A stretch of DNA of 64,000 bases from Eledone cirrhosa. Its lineage: Eukaryota. Of the stretch, positions 50,318 to 63,360 are shown in pieces. Position 1 is the stretch's first letter; each line of letters begins with the position of its first letter. The notes below the pieces were generated by a model. It saw only the letters and a list, made by a program, of their open reading frames with translations, did no database searches and had not been told where the DNA came from. The stretch covers positions 63,984,001-64,048,000 of the forward strand of contig OZ024746.1 of the NCBI GenBank assembly GCA_964016885.1, read 5' to 3'. Made by a program: the position numbers and the translations under genes.

Positions 50318-52413
50318 AGAGAGTAAACCAGATATATATAGAGAGGGGTAGAGAGTAAACCAGATATATATATATATAGAGGGGTAGAGAGTAAACCAGA
50401 TATATATAGAGAGGGGGTTAGAGAGTAAACCAGATATATATAGAGAGGGGTACAGAGTAAACCAGATATATATATAGAGGGGTACAGAGTAAACCAGATA
50501 TATATAGAGAGTGGGGTAGAGAGTAAACCAGATATATATATAGAGAGGGGTAGAGAGTAAACCAGATATATATATAGAGAGGTAGAGAATGAGCCAGATA
50601 TATATAGAGAGTAAACCAGATATATATAGAGAGGGGTAGAGAGTAAACCAGATATATATATAGAGGGGTAGAGAGTAAACCAGATCTATATAGAGAGTGG
50701 GGTAGAGAGTAAACCAGTTATATATAGAGAGGGGGTAGAGAGTAAACCAGATATATATAGAGAGAGAGTAGAGAGTAAACCAGATATATATAGAGAGGGG
50801 TAGAGAGTAAACCAGATATATATATAGAGGGGTAGAGAGTAAACCAGATATATATAGAGAGGGGGTTAGAAAGTAAAACAGATATATATATATATCTTCA
50901 TCATCATTTTACGTCTACTTTTCCCTGCTTGCAAGGGTGGGACGGGTCTTATTCAGCACAGCATCTCTCCACTTGTCTTAGTCCTTCATCATCTCCACCG
51001 TGAGCTTCAGTGATCTGAGGTCTGTTCTCACCACCTCCGCCCATGTTTTTTGTGGTCTACTTCTACCACGTCTTCCTTTAACTGGCATTTCCTGGCACTT
51101 CTTCACCTATTGGTCATCCTCTATGCGCATCACATGTCCATACCACCGCAGTCTCCTCTCTCGCACACTACATTCTATCCCTCTCAGACACAGTTTCTCT
51201 CTCAACACATTTATGCTGGGTCGTACACGCACATTGACATTGCACATCCAATGGAGCATGCTTGCCTCATTTCTCTCCAGCCGTCGCATATCCTCTGCAG
51301 TTGCTGCCCATGTCTCACTAACATGCAGCATCGCGCTCCTCACACAAGCATCATATAACTGGCCTTTCGTATGCAGGTAGAAACCCTTCTTCGTCAGCAG
51401 AGGAAGCAGCTCGCTAAACTTTTTCCAACCCGTCCTTATTCTAGATACTATGGCCTTGGAACACACCCCTCCCATGCTAATCTGATCTCCTAGGTACCGG
51501 AAGCTATCCACCACTTCTATAGCACCTGCCTGCATTTGAAAAATGTGTCTATCAATGCGACTTCTACTGTCTAATTTCTCTGTACATCTACTGCGTACGT
51601 ATTTCTCCCTACCTGTTAGTTTGCCTGCTATCCCACTACATCTCTTGTGTATCCAAAATCTGCATTGTGTGCATTTTATAGAATTTATGCCAGTTCCTTT
51701 TCTGCATATCGAACATGGCCATTTCCCTGATGGGATCAGAGTTTTGTCCTTTTTTTCTACTCATCAACACTTTTGTCTTAGCTAGGTTCACTCTCAGTCC
51801 TCTTGCTTCCAACTGCTGTTTCCATAGCCAGAATTTATTCTCTAGCTCCTCTACTGATTCTGCTATAAGAACCAGATCATCAGCATAGAGAAGTTCCCAT
51901 GGACAGCCAGTCTTAAACTCCTCTGTTATGGCTTGGAGGACTATAATGAACAAGAGTGGGCTGAGGACCGAACCCTGATGTACTCCTACTTGTATCTGGA
52001 ATTCCTCACTAAACTCCATTCCTACCCTGACTTTACTGACAGCACCTCTGTACAAAGTTTGCACTGTCCTCACAAGCCATCCCTCAACACCTAGTTTCTT
52101 TAGGGACCACCAGATGATAGATCGGGGCACCCTATCAAAGGCCTTCTCTAGGTCAACAAAGGCTAAGTATAGTGGCTTATTTTTCTCTAAGAACCTCTCT
52201 TGTAATTGTCTCACCAAGAAGAGGGCATCTGTTGTACTCTTCCCAGGCACAAAACCAAACTGCATCTCATCTAGTTTGACTGTTTCTCTAATTAGTTGTG
52301 CTAATATCCTTTCTGCCACTTTCATAACCTGATCCATCAGTTTTATACCCCTGTAATTGCTCCTCTCCAAAGCATTCTATATATATAGCATCCTATATAC
52401 ATATATAGCATCC

Positions 52414-52456
<43 letters not shown>

Positions 52457-52733
52457 GGGGGGGGGTAGAGTAAACCAGATATAGTGAGAGAGGGGTAGAG
52501 GGTCAATCAGATATAGTGAGAGAGTAGTAGAGAATAAGCCAGATATATATAGAGAGAGGGGTAGAGAGTAAACCAGTTATAGCGAGAGAGGGGTAGAGAG
52601 TAAACCAGATATAGTGAGAGAGGGTTAGAGATTAAACCAGATATAATGAGAGGGGGGTAGAGAGTAAACCAGATATCTATAGAGAGGGGTAGAGAGTAAA
52701 CCAGATATCTATAGAGAGGGGTAGAGAGTAAAC
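50318..52733. repeat. ~32-36-bp minisatellite (AGAGAGTAAACCAGA(TA)nGAGAGGGGT), split by an RTE insertion
   Basis: Units at 50318-50892 and 52465-52733. Confidence 0.9.
50897..52376 (-). mobile_element. 5'-truncated RTE family 1 LINE (RT, PHD finger, 3' end; frameshifted)
   Basis: ERSNYRGIKL..DLEKAFD..LLYADD..FRYLG..RLRWYGHV. Tail of the same type as at 37724. Confidence 0.95.
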
Positions 52734-52784
52734 GCCTACGATTCCATCAAGAGTTATGGGTTCATATATACAGACTGATAGTCA

Positions 52785-52960
52785 CTAAGAAAACTGGGCA
52801 TAAATGAATGGCTTGTTACAGCCATACACAACAATACTGTAAATTAGTGGTAACTTCTGAAAATAATTCAGTGCATAGTTAGGTGTGTCTCAAAGACCAG
52901 TACTTACTCCTATTTATAATGATTCTCCAAATCATAACAGAAGAGTTCGAGATACTGGTA
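52785..52960 (+). mobile_element. Highly decayed RTE RT fragment
   Basis: SLRKLGINEWLV..; ..IMILQIITEEF. Confidence 0.6.
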
Positions 52961-53564
52961 TGAGTTGGATGGGATATATTGAGGCTGTGTGTTATTGATG
53001 CATGAACTTCCTTCAGATATGCCATGAAAAATCTGGATACTCATGCATGGGAGTCAGATACTTTTTAACAGATTTATCACTAAGCATATCTGACTTTGAT
53101 TAAAATTGCATTAAATTCTCAGGATATATCATTTACGTCACAGCTACTATACATATATTGATTAACTATATGTGATGTGCGTTTAAACAGGAGAATCAGC
53201 AAGCTGGAAAGAGGGGAAAGTATTATTCATTCTTAAAGTCAATGATCTAATACTTTGTCCAGATTTTATGTGCAGCAGCTGCACCATCTCCACCAACACC
53301 ACCAAATAATAATAGTAATTATATATATATATATATATATATATTTATAATATGGTAACATTGAGGACCGAATAAATTAAATTAACCAATATAAAAGACA
53401 CAGAAGCGAAACCAACCAAACAGTGAGTGTGTTCTGTTATTAATTCTGTTATTAATTCTGGCAATATTATTACACAAATATGACCCTCCCAAGTATAACG
53501 ATATATATATTGGTCCCACCCTTGCAAGCAGGGAAAAGCGGACGTAAAATGAAATGAAATGATG

Positions 53565-53662
<98 letters not shown>

Positions 53663-53916
53663 TTATAATGTGTGTATGATTCATATACATATATATATAT
53701 ATATTTCGTTTCTGAATTTGTTTAGCAAGATTTTTTATCTGAAAACGTGTGTTGAAACTGATATTGTTATACTTTGGGAGGGTCATGTTGCCAATAAGAA
53801 ACACACGCATCAGTTGCTTTCACTTCAATTTATTATAAATTAAATTTATAAATTTAGGAATTTACAAATTTCCGGTTGGTTGGTTGGTTCCACAACCAGA
53901 CGATTGTTCATATATT

Positions 53917-53959
53917 GTCAAAGTTCTTTCGTCACACATTCTGTGACCTCTTCAGTGAC
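53917..53959 (-). ncRNA. Minimal type-I hammerhead ribozyme (family P2)
   Basis: GTCA-CTGAAGA-g-GTCACA gaatg TGTGAC-GAAA-G aa C-TT-TGAC. Confidence 0.75.
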
Positions 53960-54474
53960 TGGGGATTCTTTTCTTTGTTTTTGTGCCTCTCCTTTGTTCT
54001 GTCCTACGCCATATATATATATATTAGAAAGTGAGGCTTTTTTTACAAAATGAAAAATAACCGAGGTGTCCTACACGAGTGAAAGTATAAAGAAAAAAAG
54101 ATGAAATCGAAAATGCAACTAGAGTCTTATTTTAAAAAAGATATATATATTTATTTGGTTCCTTTATCGGTTTCGCAGTTCTTCTGCTTTTCAAAAGTAG
54201 AGTTGAGATGGAGGGTCTGTGGTTTTTCTCACATCTCTGATGTTTTGCGAGGTTTTTGATATGAAATCGTGTGTCGAAACAGATACTGTTATACTTGGGG
54301 AGGGTCATATTGTTGTAATAATATTGCCAGAAATAATAACAGAACACACTCACTGTTTGGTTGGTTTTCGCTTCTGTATCTTTTATATCTCCATAGTTAA
54401 TTAATCCAGCAATCAATGTTTATCAATCATTGACCAACGGTCAAAAATACAGATATAAATACATATATATAGTC

Positions 54475-54518
54475 TAACAAAGTTCTTTCGTTGCACATCT
54501 GCAACATCCTCAGTGGTA
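54475..54518 (-). ncRNA. Minimal type-I hammerhead ribozyme (family P1)
   Basis: TACCA-CTGAGGA-t-GTTGCA gatg TGCAAC-GAAA-G aa C-TT-TGTTA. Confidence 0.7.
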
Positions 54519-54790
54519 CTATTATGTTTCCTCCTGTTGTATTGTATGTCTACGCCACTTGTTAGACTATATATATGTATTTATATCTGTATTTTTGACC
54601 GTTGGTCAATCAATGATAAACATTGATTGCTGGATGAATCAACTATGGAGATATAAAAGATACAGAAGCGAAAACCAACTGAACAGTGAGTGTGTTCTGT
54701 TATTATTTATGGCAATATTATTACAACAATATTAACGTCCCCAAGTATAATAATATATATATATATTTATGTGTGTGTGATTCATATACA

Positions 54791-54853
<63 letters not shown>

Positions 54854-54935
54854 AAAAAGGGATGAAATCGAAAATGCAACTGAAGTCTTATTTTTTTTTT
54901 TTTTTTTTTTTTTAAATATATATATTTATTTGGTT

Positions 54936-54973
54936 CCTTTACCGGTTTCGCAGTTCTTCTGCTTTTCAAAAGG
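54936..54973 (-). ncRNA. Hammerhead, U3-A8 core variant (family P3, mirror copy)
   Basis: Exact reverse complement of 55067-55104. A third, mutated copy lies at 54161-54198. Confidence 0.7.
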
Positions 54974-55066
54974 TGAGTTGAGATGGAGGGTCTGTGGTTT
55001 TTCTCACATCTGGTGTGAGAAAAACCACAGATGTGAGAAAAACCACAGACCCTCCATCTCAACTCA

Positions 55067-55104
55067 CCTTTTGAAAAGCAGAAGAACTGCGAAACCGGTA
55101 AAGG
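55067..55104 (+). ncRNA. Hammerhead, U3-A8 core variant (family P3)
   Basis: CCTT-TTGAAAA-GCAG aagaa CTGC-GAAA-CCGG-TA-AAGG. Confidence 0.7.
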
Positions 55105-55122
55105 AACCAAATAAATATATAT

Positions 55123-55154
<32 letters not shown>

Positions 55155-55363
55155 TAAGACTTCAGTTGCATTTTCGATTTCATCCCTTTTTCTTTATACT
55201 TCCACTCGTGTAGGACACCTCGGTTATTTTTCATTTTGTAAAAAAAACCTCACTTTCTAATATATATATATATAGAAGTGGTTACACAACAGTTAGTTCA
55301 CCATACCGAGAACAATTGTTTCACCATACGGTTGTCCTTCCTGTTCCTATAACCATACATATC

Positions 55364-55403
55364 CCGAGCTGAAGATCCGTGAAGGTGAAACAATTGTTCT
55401 CGG
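55364..55403 (+). ncRNA. Minimal type-I hammerhead ribozyme
   Basis: CCGAG-CTGAAGA-t-CC gtgaa GG-t-GAAA-CAATTG-TT-CTCGG: 5-bp stem I, palindromic stem III. Confidence 0.75.
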
Positions 55404-55497
55404 TATGGTGAACTAACTGTTGTGTAACCACTTCTACCTAACTCGTCCCTTGGACTGAGTGCTCTACCACTACGGATATTACCTTCCAGTGTTCCAC

Positions 55498-55563
<66 letters not shown>

Positions 55564-55610
55564 ACATAAATACATATATATAAACACATAAATACATATA
55601 TATAAACACA

Positions 55611-55649
<39 letters not shown>

Positions 55650-55754
55650 AAGTGTGTAAATATATATCATACAAATATACCCAATACACATGCATATATA
55701 TGCACACACATTCACACATATATTCATTTACACACACACACACACATATATATA

Positions 55755-57013
55755 CGAGGTGTGTCAGAAAAGTTCCAGGACTGATGTCACAAAAGATTTA
55801 TTTCATACCCAAACTTCACACTAAGAGTTTTCTCCTTCAAAGTAATCCCCCTGGAGTCTAATGCACTTTTCCATCCTTTTCTGCCACGCTTACATGCACT
55901 CCTGGAATAATTCTTCCGGGATCCTCCGCAGTTCTGTCGTCACGGCCTTTTTGATGTCATCCACGTCTTCAAAACAGGTCCCCTTGAGCTTGGAGAATAG
56001 GAAAAAATCACACGGAGCCAGGTCGGGGGAGTAGGGAGGTTGCTCAAGCACGGCGATGTTCTTCTCGGCCAGGAACTGTCGGATGCTCAGGGTATTGTGA
56101 GCAGGCGTGTTGTCATGGTGAAGCAGCCACGAGTTGTCCTGCCACAACTCTCGCCTCTTCTCAAGCACTGAACGAAGCAAACGCTGCAGTATCTCTTTGT
56201 AGACATGTTGGTTGATCGTCTGGCCCTGTGGCAAGAAGTCGCAGTGGACGATCCCCCTCACATCGAAGAATGTGATCAACATGACCTTGACTTTGACTGC
56301 CGTGCTTTCTTCGGCCTTGGCGACGATGGACTCTTCCACTGAAGGCTCTGGCGTTTGGTTTCTGGGTCATACTCGAAGATCTATGACTCATCACCGGTGA
56401 TGACTGTCCCTAGCAAGTCTGGTTCGGTTTCAAGATGCTCGAGGATGTCCTGGCACACTTGCATGCATTGACCCTTCTGGTCATCGTTCAGCAGTTTTGG
56501 CAGCATCTTCGTGCAGACATTCCGCATGTCCAAATCTTCAGTGAGAATCTTCCAGATGCTGTCCCGATTCATGCCCAGCTCATTTGCCATCAGTCGAACA
56601 GTCAGCTGACAATCGCTACGCACCATCTGCCTGATGTGCTCAACATTGACCTCAGTCCTGGTTGTTGAAGGCCTTCCGCTCCTGGGGTCATCTTCCACGT
56701 CCTCACGTCCTTCTTTAAACCTCTTGCACCACTCAAAAACACATGAGCAATCCCAGTGCTTCTGACGGAGTTTTCCCCAACTGTACCAGAAACTTCAAGT
56801 TTGTTCATTGCTCTGTGCTCATTGCTTGACGACCCGAAACAGAGGACATGTATATAAAATTATTAAGAAAAGGGTTTGATTGCTGCAGAGAGCTAAGATT
56901 ATAGTTACATACTCCAGGGGCATTACTTTGAAGGAGAAAACTCTTAGTGTGAAGTTTGGGTTTGAAATAAATCTTTTGTGACATCAGTCCTGGAACTTTT
57001 CTGACACACCTTG
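55755..57013 (-). mobile_element. Mariner (D,D34D) DNA transposon, defective transposase, ~100-bp TIRs
   Basis: EDDPRSGRPS, ITGDES, VKVMLITFFD, HHDNTPAH, PYSPDLAPCDFFLF; frameshifts. TA flanks; ends CGAGGTGTGTCAGAAAAGTTCC. Confidence 0.95.
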
Positions 57014-57569
57014 TATATATATATACACATGTGTATATATAAAGACACATTTGTGCCTCTTTCAGATTTTGTTATAAAATCATTATTTTCATCATATATA
57101 TACATACCTAACTAGCTACCTACCTACATACATATATACACACACACATACATACATAAAGACACATATGTACCTCTTTCACTTTTTGTTATCATGATAA
57201 TTGAAAAGCACTGTACTAAGTTTTTCAGTGCTGAGAACAATTTCAAATATAGTTATAAGTATTAAATTTATTTAAATTTTCATTTGATCTTAGTCAGAAT
57301 ATTATAATTTTCTGAGATACCAATTCTCTTTAGTTAGTAAAATTTTGACACATGTGTAATTTACTTGGAAATTTTCACTTTAATTTTATTCTTGCTTTTA
57401 TTTATTTTCTTGCTTTCCCTATTTATTCTTCAACTGAAACATGTTCTGGTTTTCAAATAACACGGTGGCAATAAAATACAAACATCTTGATAAATGTTTC
57501 CTACTTTAGTCTCTGGCTGACCAATAATTTATGAGTGGAACCTGTGCAGAAACCCAGCTCTTATATATA

Positions 57570-57835
57570 TTGTTGCCAATAAAAACATGCGCACCTGTTG
57601 GTTTTCACTTCAATTGATTATAAATTTCCGGTTGGTTGGTTTGATAACCGGAAAGGTTGTTTATATATTGTCAAAGCTCTTTTGTCACACATTCTGTGAC
57701 CTCCTCAGTGACTAGGTGTTTATCTTGTGTGTCTCTCCTTTGTTCTGTCCTACACCAACTTGTTTTTGTGTTTCAACACACATTTTCAGATAAGAAATCT
57801 CACAAAACAAATTAAAAAACGAATCATATATATAT
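57570..57835. mobile_element. Diverged P2 fragment with a mutated hammerhead (57670-57712, minus)
   Basis: GTCA-CTGAGGA-g-GTCACA..TGTGAC-AAAA-GAGC-TT-TGAC, followed by an inverted P2 3' end. Confidence 0.65.
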
Positions 57836-57887
57836 ATTTTGATATATATATTATCCTTATCGAGCTCTCTTTGGATTTTAGTATTAT

Positions 57888-57923
<36 letters not shown>

Positions 57924-58063
57924 AAGATTACCAGTTTACTTACTTTTCATTACTTCATCTTACAGTCCATTTGCATTGTTTAGTCTTCTATCTCTTTCCA
58001 TATTATATATACTTTATACAATGCTTCAAGCAAACTACAACATTTAAAAAATATATATATATA

Positions 58064-58284
58064 TAAAAATGAGCAGAACAAGTAATCATCAAACAATCTT
58101 TTAAATAAATTAAAAAACGATTTAAATATTCACCTGTTCTATTGCCATTACCGACAGCTATTATAAACAGCATGCATATTTCTTGTTCCCATCGGTAACG
58201 GCAATAGAACAGGTGAATACTTAAATCGTTTTTTAATTTATTTAAAAGATTGTTTGATGATTACTTGTTCCGGTCATTTTTATA
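58064..58284. repeat. ~90-bp-arm inverted repeat, probably PLE-derived
   Basis: 58064-58156 is the near reverse complement of 58192-58284. Confidence 0.75.
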
Positions 58285-58396
58285 GTTCTGGTATCTCAAA
58301 TTAGTACCACCGAACCACAACTATTATAAACACCATGAATATTCCTGTAGGTACTTAGTGCCTGTCGGAATATCCATACCCTTATATATATATATA

Positions 58397-58979
<583 letters not shown>

Positions 58980-59418
58980 TAAGAGGAATTCCAACTTTGT
59001 CTGATTTACTCGTTTTATTTACAATCCTTTAAAATTGATAATGGTATTATAATGAAATAGTATGATAGAATATTAAATGTTAAGTGTTAATTGAACAAGT
59101 ACTTTCATGCTTTCGCAATCTTCAGGTTCATAATGTGTGGTGACAGTCAAGTTTGCAATTTTCAACATGACCTAAAATGACCTAAGAGAAGTATAAATAA
59201 ATAAATAGATAAATAAATAAATAAATACATACACAAGCACATATAACACACACTAGTCACCCAATCACGAACACACATCAAACAAAACACTATACACACA
59301 CACAAACGCATGCGCAAAGAAGACAAAATAAAATAAACAAACAAACAAATAAATAAATATATAGACAGACTAAATAAAAATGGCGTAGACATACAATGTC
59401 ACGGGAGGAAACAATAGC

Positions 59419-59460
59419 ACCACTGACGATGTTGCAGATGTGCAACGAAAGAACTTTGAT
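59419..59460 (+). ncRNA. Minimal hammerhead (family P1) within P1 element ~59380-59670
   Basis: ACCA-CTGACGA-t-GTTGCA gatg TGCAAC-GAAA-G aa C-TT-TGAT. Confidence 0.7.
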
Positions 59461-59716
59461 AAACTATATATATGTGTTTGTGTCTATATTGTATCTGTAT
59501 TATTTTTGACCGTCGGTCAGTCAATGGCAACATTGAGGACCGAATAAATTAGATTACCGATATAAAAGACACAGAAGCGAAAAGCGAAAACCAACCAAAC
59601 AGTGAGTGTGTTCTGTTATTAATTCTGGCAATATTACACAAATATGACCCTCCCCAAGTATAACAATATATATATATATATGTATATATATATATGTATA
59701 TATATATATGTATATA

Positions 59717-59766
<50 letters not shown>

Positions 59767-59856
59767 GATGTATATATATATAGATGTATATATATATAGA
59801 TGTATATATATATAGATGTATATATATAGATGTATATATATATATATATGCATATA

Positions 59857-59914
<58 letters not shown>

Positions 59915-59919
<5 letters not shown>

Positions 59920-60893
59920 GAGTTATAAACTCAAATAGTCTTTTACAATTAAATAGCTCAAAGAAAGAGATATTTCTGAGCCGTGTAATACAAATGAATA
60001 TATGATAGGGATAAAAGTATATAAGTGTTTGTATTGCAAATGACCAAGTTAGCTAGATTGAAAAATACTAATTAAAATAATACATTTAAATTGAAATTAA
60101 TTAAAATAATACATTTGAATTTAAATTTAAATGTGTCCAGGTATAACAGCTATTGCCAATATAGGTTTGTTTTTATTGATTTATTATTTTAAATCGAGAC
60201 AGGCAAACTGTATTATTTTAATTAGTATTTTTCAATCTAGCTAACTTGGTCATTTGCAATACAAACACTTATATATTGTATTAGTGTTTATCCCTATCAT
60301 ATATTCATTTGTATTACACGGCTCAGAAATATCCCTTTCTTTGAGCTATTTAATTGTAAAAGACTATTTGAGTTTATAACTCTATATATAATATTCTCGG
60401 CTCCATGCGTTGAGCTAATTTTTTAGTCCCATAAAACCGGCTGCTATTTCTACCGGCACGAGTATAGGACGGGCTAGACGCTGGGTCACATGTGCGTTCA
60501 ACAACACATTTCTCTCAGTCTTCTTGAGTATTTTGAAGTGAAACTTACCAATTTCTGGATACCTGCAGAAGAGCACAGGAATAGGAAATTTCACTTAATT
60601 GTTGCGAAACAAATTTAAAATTTGAAATTTAAATTTGTCCAGGTATAACGGCTATTGCCAATATAGGTTTATTTTTATTGATTTATTATTTTAAATCGAG
60701 ACAGGCAAACTGTATTATTTTAATTAGTATTTTTCAATCTAGCTAACTTGGTCATTCGCAATACAAATACTTATATATTGTATTAGTGTTTATCCCTATC
60801 ATATATTCATTTGTATATATATATATATATATATATAAATATATATATACAAATGAATATATGATAGGGATAAACACTAATACAAGTATATAA

Positions 60894-60895
<2 letters not shown>
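59915..60895. mobile_element. PLE-like family P4: tandem and inverted terminal-repeat pieces
   Basis: Direct repeats at ~60115-60315 and ~60620-60815; inverted pieces at 59915-60085 and 60848-60895. Confidence 0.7.
60559..60646 (+). ncRNA. Type-I hammerhead with long stems and a U4-to-A core change
   Basis: ATACCTG-CAGAAGA-GCA...TGC-GAAAC-AAATTTAAA..TTTAAATTT-GTC-CAGGTAT: 7-bp stem I, long AT stem III, GUC triplet. Confidence 0.65.
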
Positions 60896-60967
<72 letters not shown>

Positions 60968-60982
60968 GTATATATATATATG

Positions 60983-61027
<45 letters not shown>

Positions 61028-61091
61028 GTATATATGTATATATATGTATATATATATATATGTATATATATATATGTATATATATATATAG

Positions 61092-61305
61092 GAACGATCG
61101 ACTTTCGTCAAATCGGACCAAGGGAACAATGTTTCCGTTGGTCTTTCCAATTGCTAATACTATCTATCGGTCGCAACTCCAGGTAGAAGGAGCAACGTGA
61201 AATAAAGTGTCTTGCTCAAGGACATAACGCATCGCCTGGTCCAGGAATCGAATTCACAACCTTACAATTGCGAATCCAATTCTCTAACCACTCAGCCACA
61301 CGCCT
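61092..61305 (-). mobile_element. SINE family D
   Basis: Reverse-complement homologue of 38455-38672. Confidence 0.8.
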
Positions 61306-61310
61306 ATATG

Positions 61311-61361
<51 letters not shown>

Positions 61362-61408
61362 TTGTTTATATATATATATATGTATGTTTATATATATATA
61401 TGTATGTT

Positions 61409-61440
<32 letters not shown>

Positions 61441-61955
61441 TTGGTAAACGGAATAGAAAATGCTGACAAATTGTTCACAGTTGAAAAATGGTTTAATTAG
61501 GAATAAAAGAGTATTAGTGATTGTATGGGTTAGTATTCAGTTGTGGTTTTAAGTTTTTAAGTTTTTACCGGTTGCGCATTTCTAAATGCTTTTCAAAAAT
61601 AATTTTGAGATAGAGTGTCCGTGCTGTTTGCTCTGATCTGATTAGTTTTGGGAATTCTACCTGTTTTTATGTTAAAAAAGTGGCTCCAGCGTTATTTTTC
61701 TGTTGCAAAAATGCTTGTGGTCAAAACAATTTTGATTGGTCGGTAGAGGTCATGTGAATGTAAAAAGTTGATTTAGCGCCAAGACTGTTTTTATGTTAAA
61801 ATGTTAAAAAAGTGGCACCAGCAAAAATTATTGGTCAAAACAATTTTGATTGGTCGGTAGAGGTCATGTGGATAAAAAATTGGTTTTGCGCCAAGATTGA
61901 GAAATGACTCTTTCACAACAAATATGTGTGTGTGTGTGTGTATGTGTGTGTGTGT

Positions 61956-62007
<52 letters not shown>

Positions 62008-62021
62008 AGTAGTAGTAGTAA

Positions 62022-62659
62022 AAGTAAATCAACCAAAACTAAAAGCTCTTCCATACATCTCCACACACAACCCCCTCAACAATGAGGCCTTTGACACCAT
62101 CCTCCAGAACATCCCTGTATTGAAAAAGGACCATAGAATGAACCAAATTCTACGAACACACGATATCATAAAGAGCAAAAGACAATCCAAGTCAATGAAA
62201 AACATCTTAACACATGCCAAAGTACTGCCAACCACAACAACGAAACCCACAGTAAAAAAATGCGATAGACCCAACTGTGGCATTTGCATCAACCTAATAG
62301 AGGGTTCGGAATTCTATTTCAAAGATGGACAACGTTTTATAGTAAAACACAATTTCACATGTGCATCGGAAAATCTAATATATGTATTAACTTGTTCAGG
62401 TTGTCGAGAACAATACATAGGCCAGACCAAAAACAGCCTCCGCCAACGCATGACTGTCCATAGATCCCAAATTAAAATACGGGAATACAGGAAAATACCA
62501 CTGAGTGAACACATTGATACCTGTGCCGCCCAAAATCATCCCAACTTCAGAATCTTTCCCCTCTACAAATTTAAAGATAATGCCACCCACACCCAGTGCA
62601 TCAGCAAGGAATCTTACTCCATTAACAAATACGGACCCCGTCTAAACACTTATCCCTAA
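62022..62659 (+). CDS. PLE ORF C-terminus: RT thumb/linker with Cys motif and GIY-YIG endonuclease (5'-truncated)
   Basis: LPYISTHNP; CDRPNCGIC; NLIYVLTCSGCREQYIGQTKNSLRQRMTVHRS; LSEH; KESYSINKYGPRLN. Confidence 0.9.
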
Positions 62660-63155
62660 AACGAACCCACAACATACACACGTCAACATACATACCTACA
62701 TCAGCACACATCTCTACCCACATATAAACACAATGACACACGTAAACACACATGCTCTATGGTGCAATACAAAAAAATATATATATATATATATGTGCAT
62801 ATATATGTATGTATATATGTATATATATATATATATGTAGTGAGAGTGTGTGTGTGTGTGTGTATATATATAGTGAATATCATTTCACACCTTTTATTGT
62901 TAAGATTTTTGATGTTCTATTAAGAGAACCGATTTTACTGAAAAAATCGAATAATGTACACCATTTTACCAGGGGGAAAAAATACTGGTCCACCCACACA
63001 CACACACATATATACACAAACACATACACACGCGTACATCAACATACAAAGATACTTATACACACACACACACACACACACACACGCGCACTTCTCCGTA
63101 TAAGACAAAAGCTGAAAAATATCTTTTGACCTTCGAATGACTCTGCTGTATATAT

Positions 63156-63205
<50 letters not shown>

Positions 63206-63274
63206 ATCTTAATAGCCATTTGACACACATCGCTGCTGGCCATTGTCGCAGCATCGAACACCTTACTACTACTA

Positions 63275-63360
<86 letters not shown>

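Larger units (their letters stand above)
53345..55500. mobile_element. Cluster of nested PLE-like terminal-repeat fragments (families P1, P2, P3 and another) in (TA)n, mostly fold-back
   Basis: Inverted arms at 54285-54481/54558-54752, 54850-55010/55029-55195 and 55274-55325/55384-55436. Homologues at 6229, 57570 and 59380. Confidence 0.75.

Noticed and set aside
58140-58215. Hammerhead in the 58.1-kb fold-back
   Set aside because: Only a TCGGTA remnant resembling stem III; no catalytic core present.
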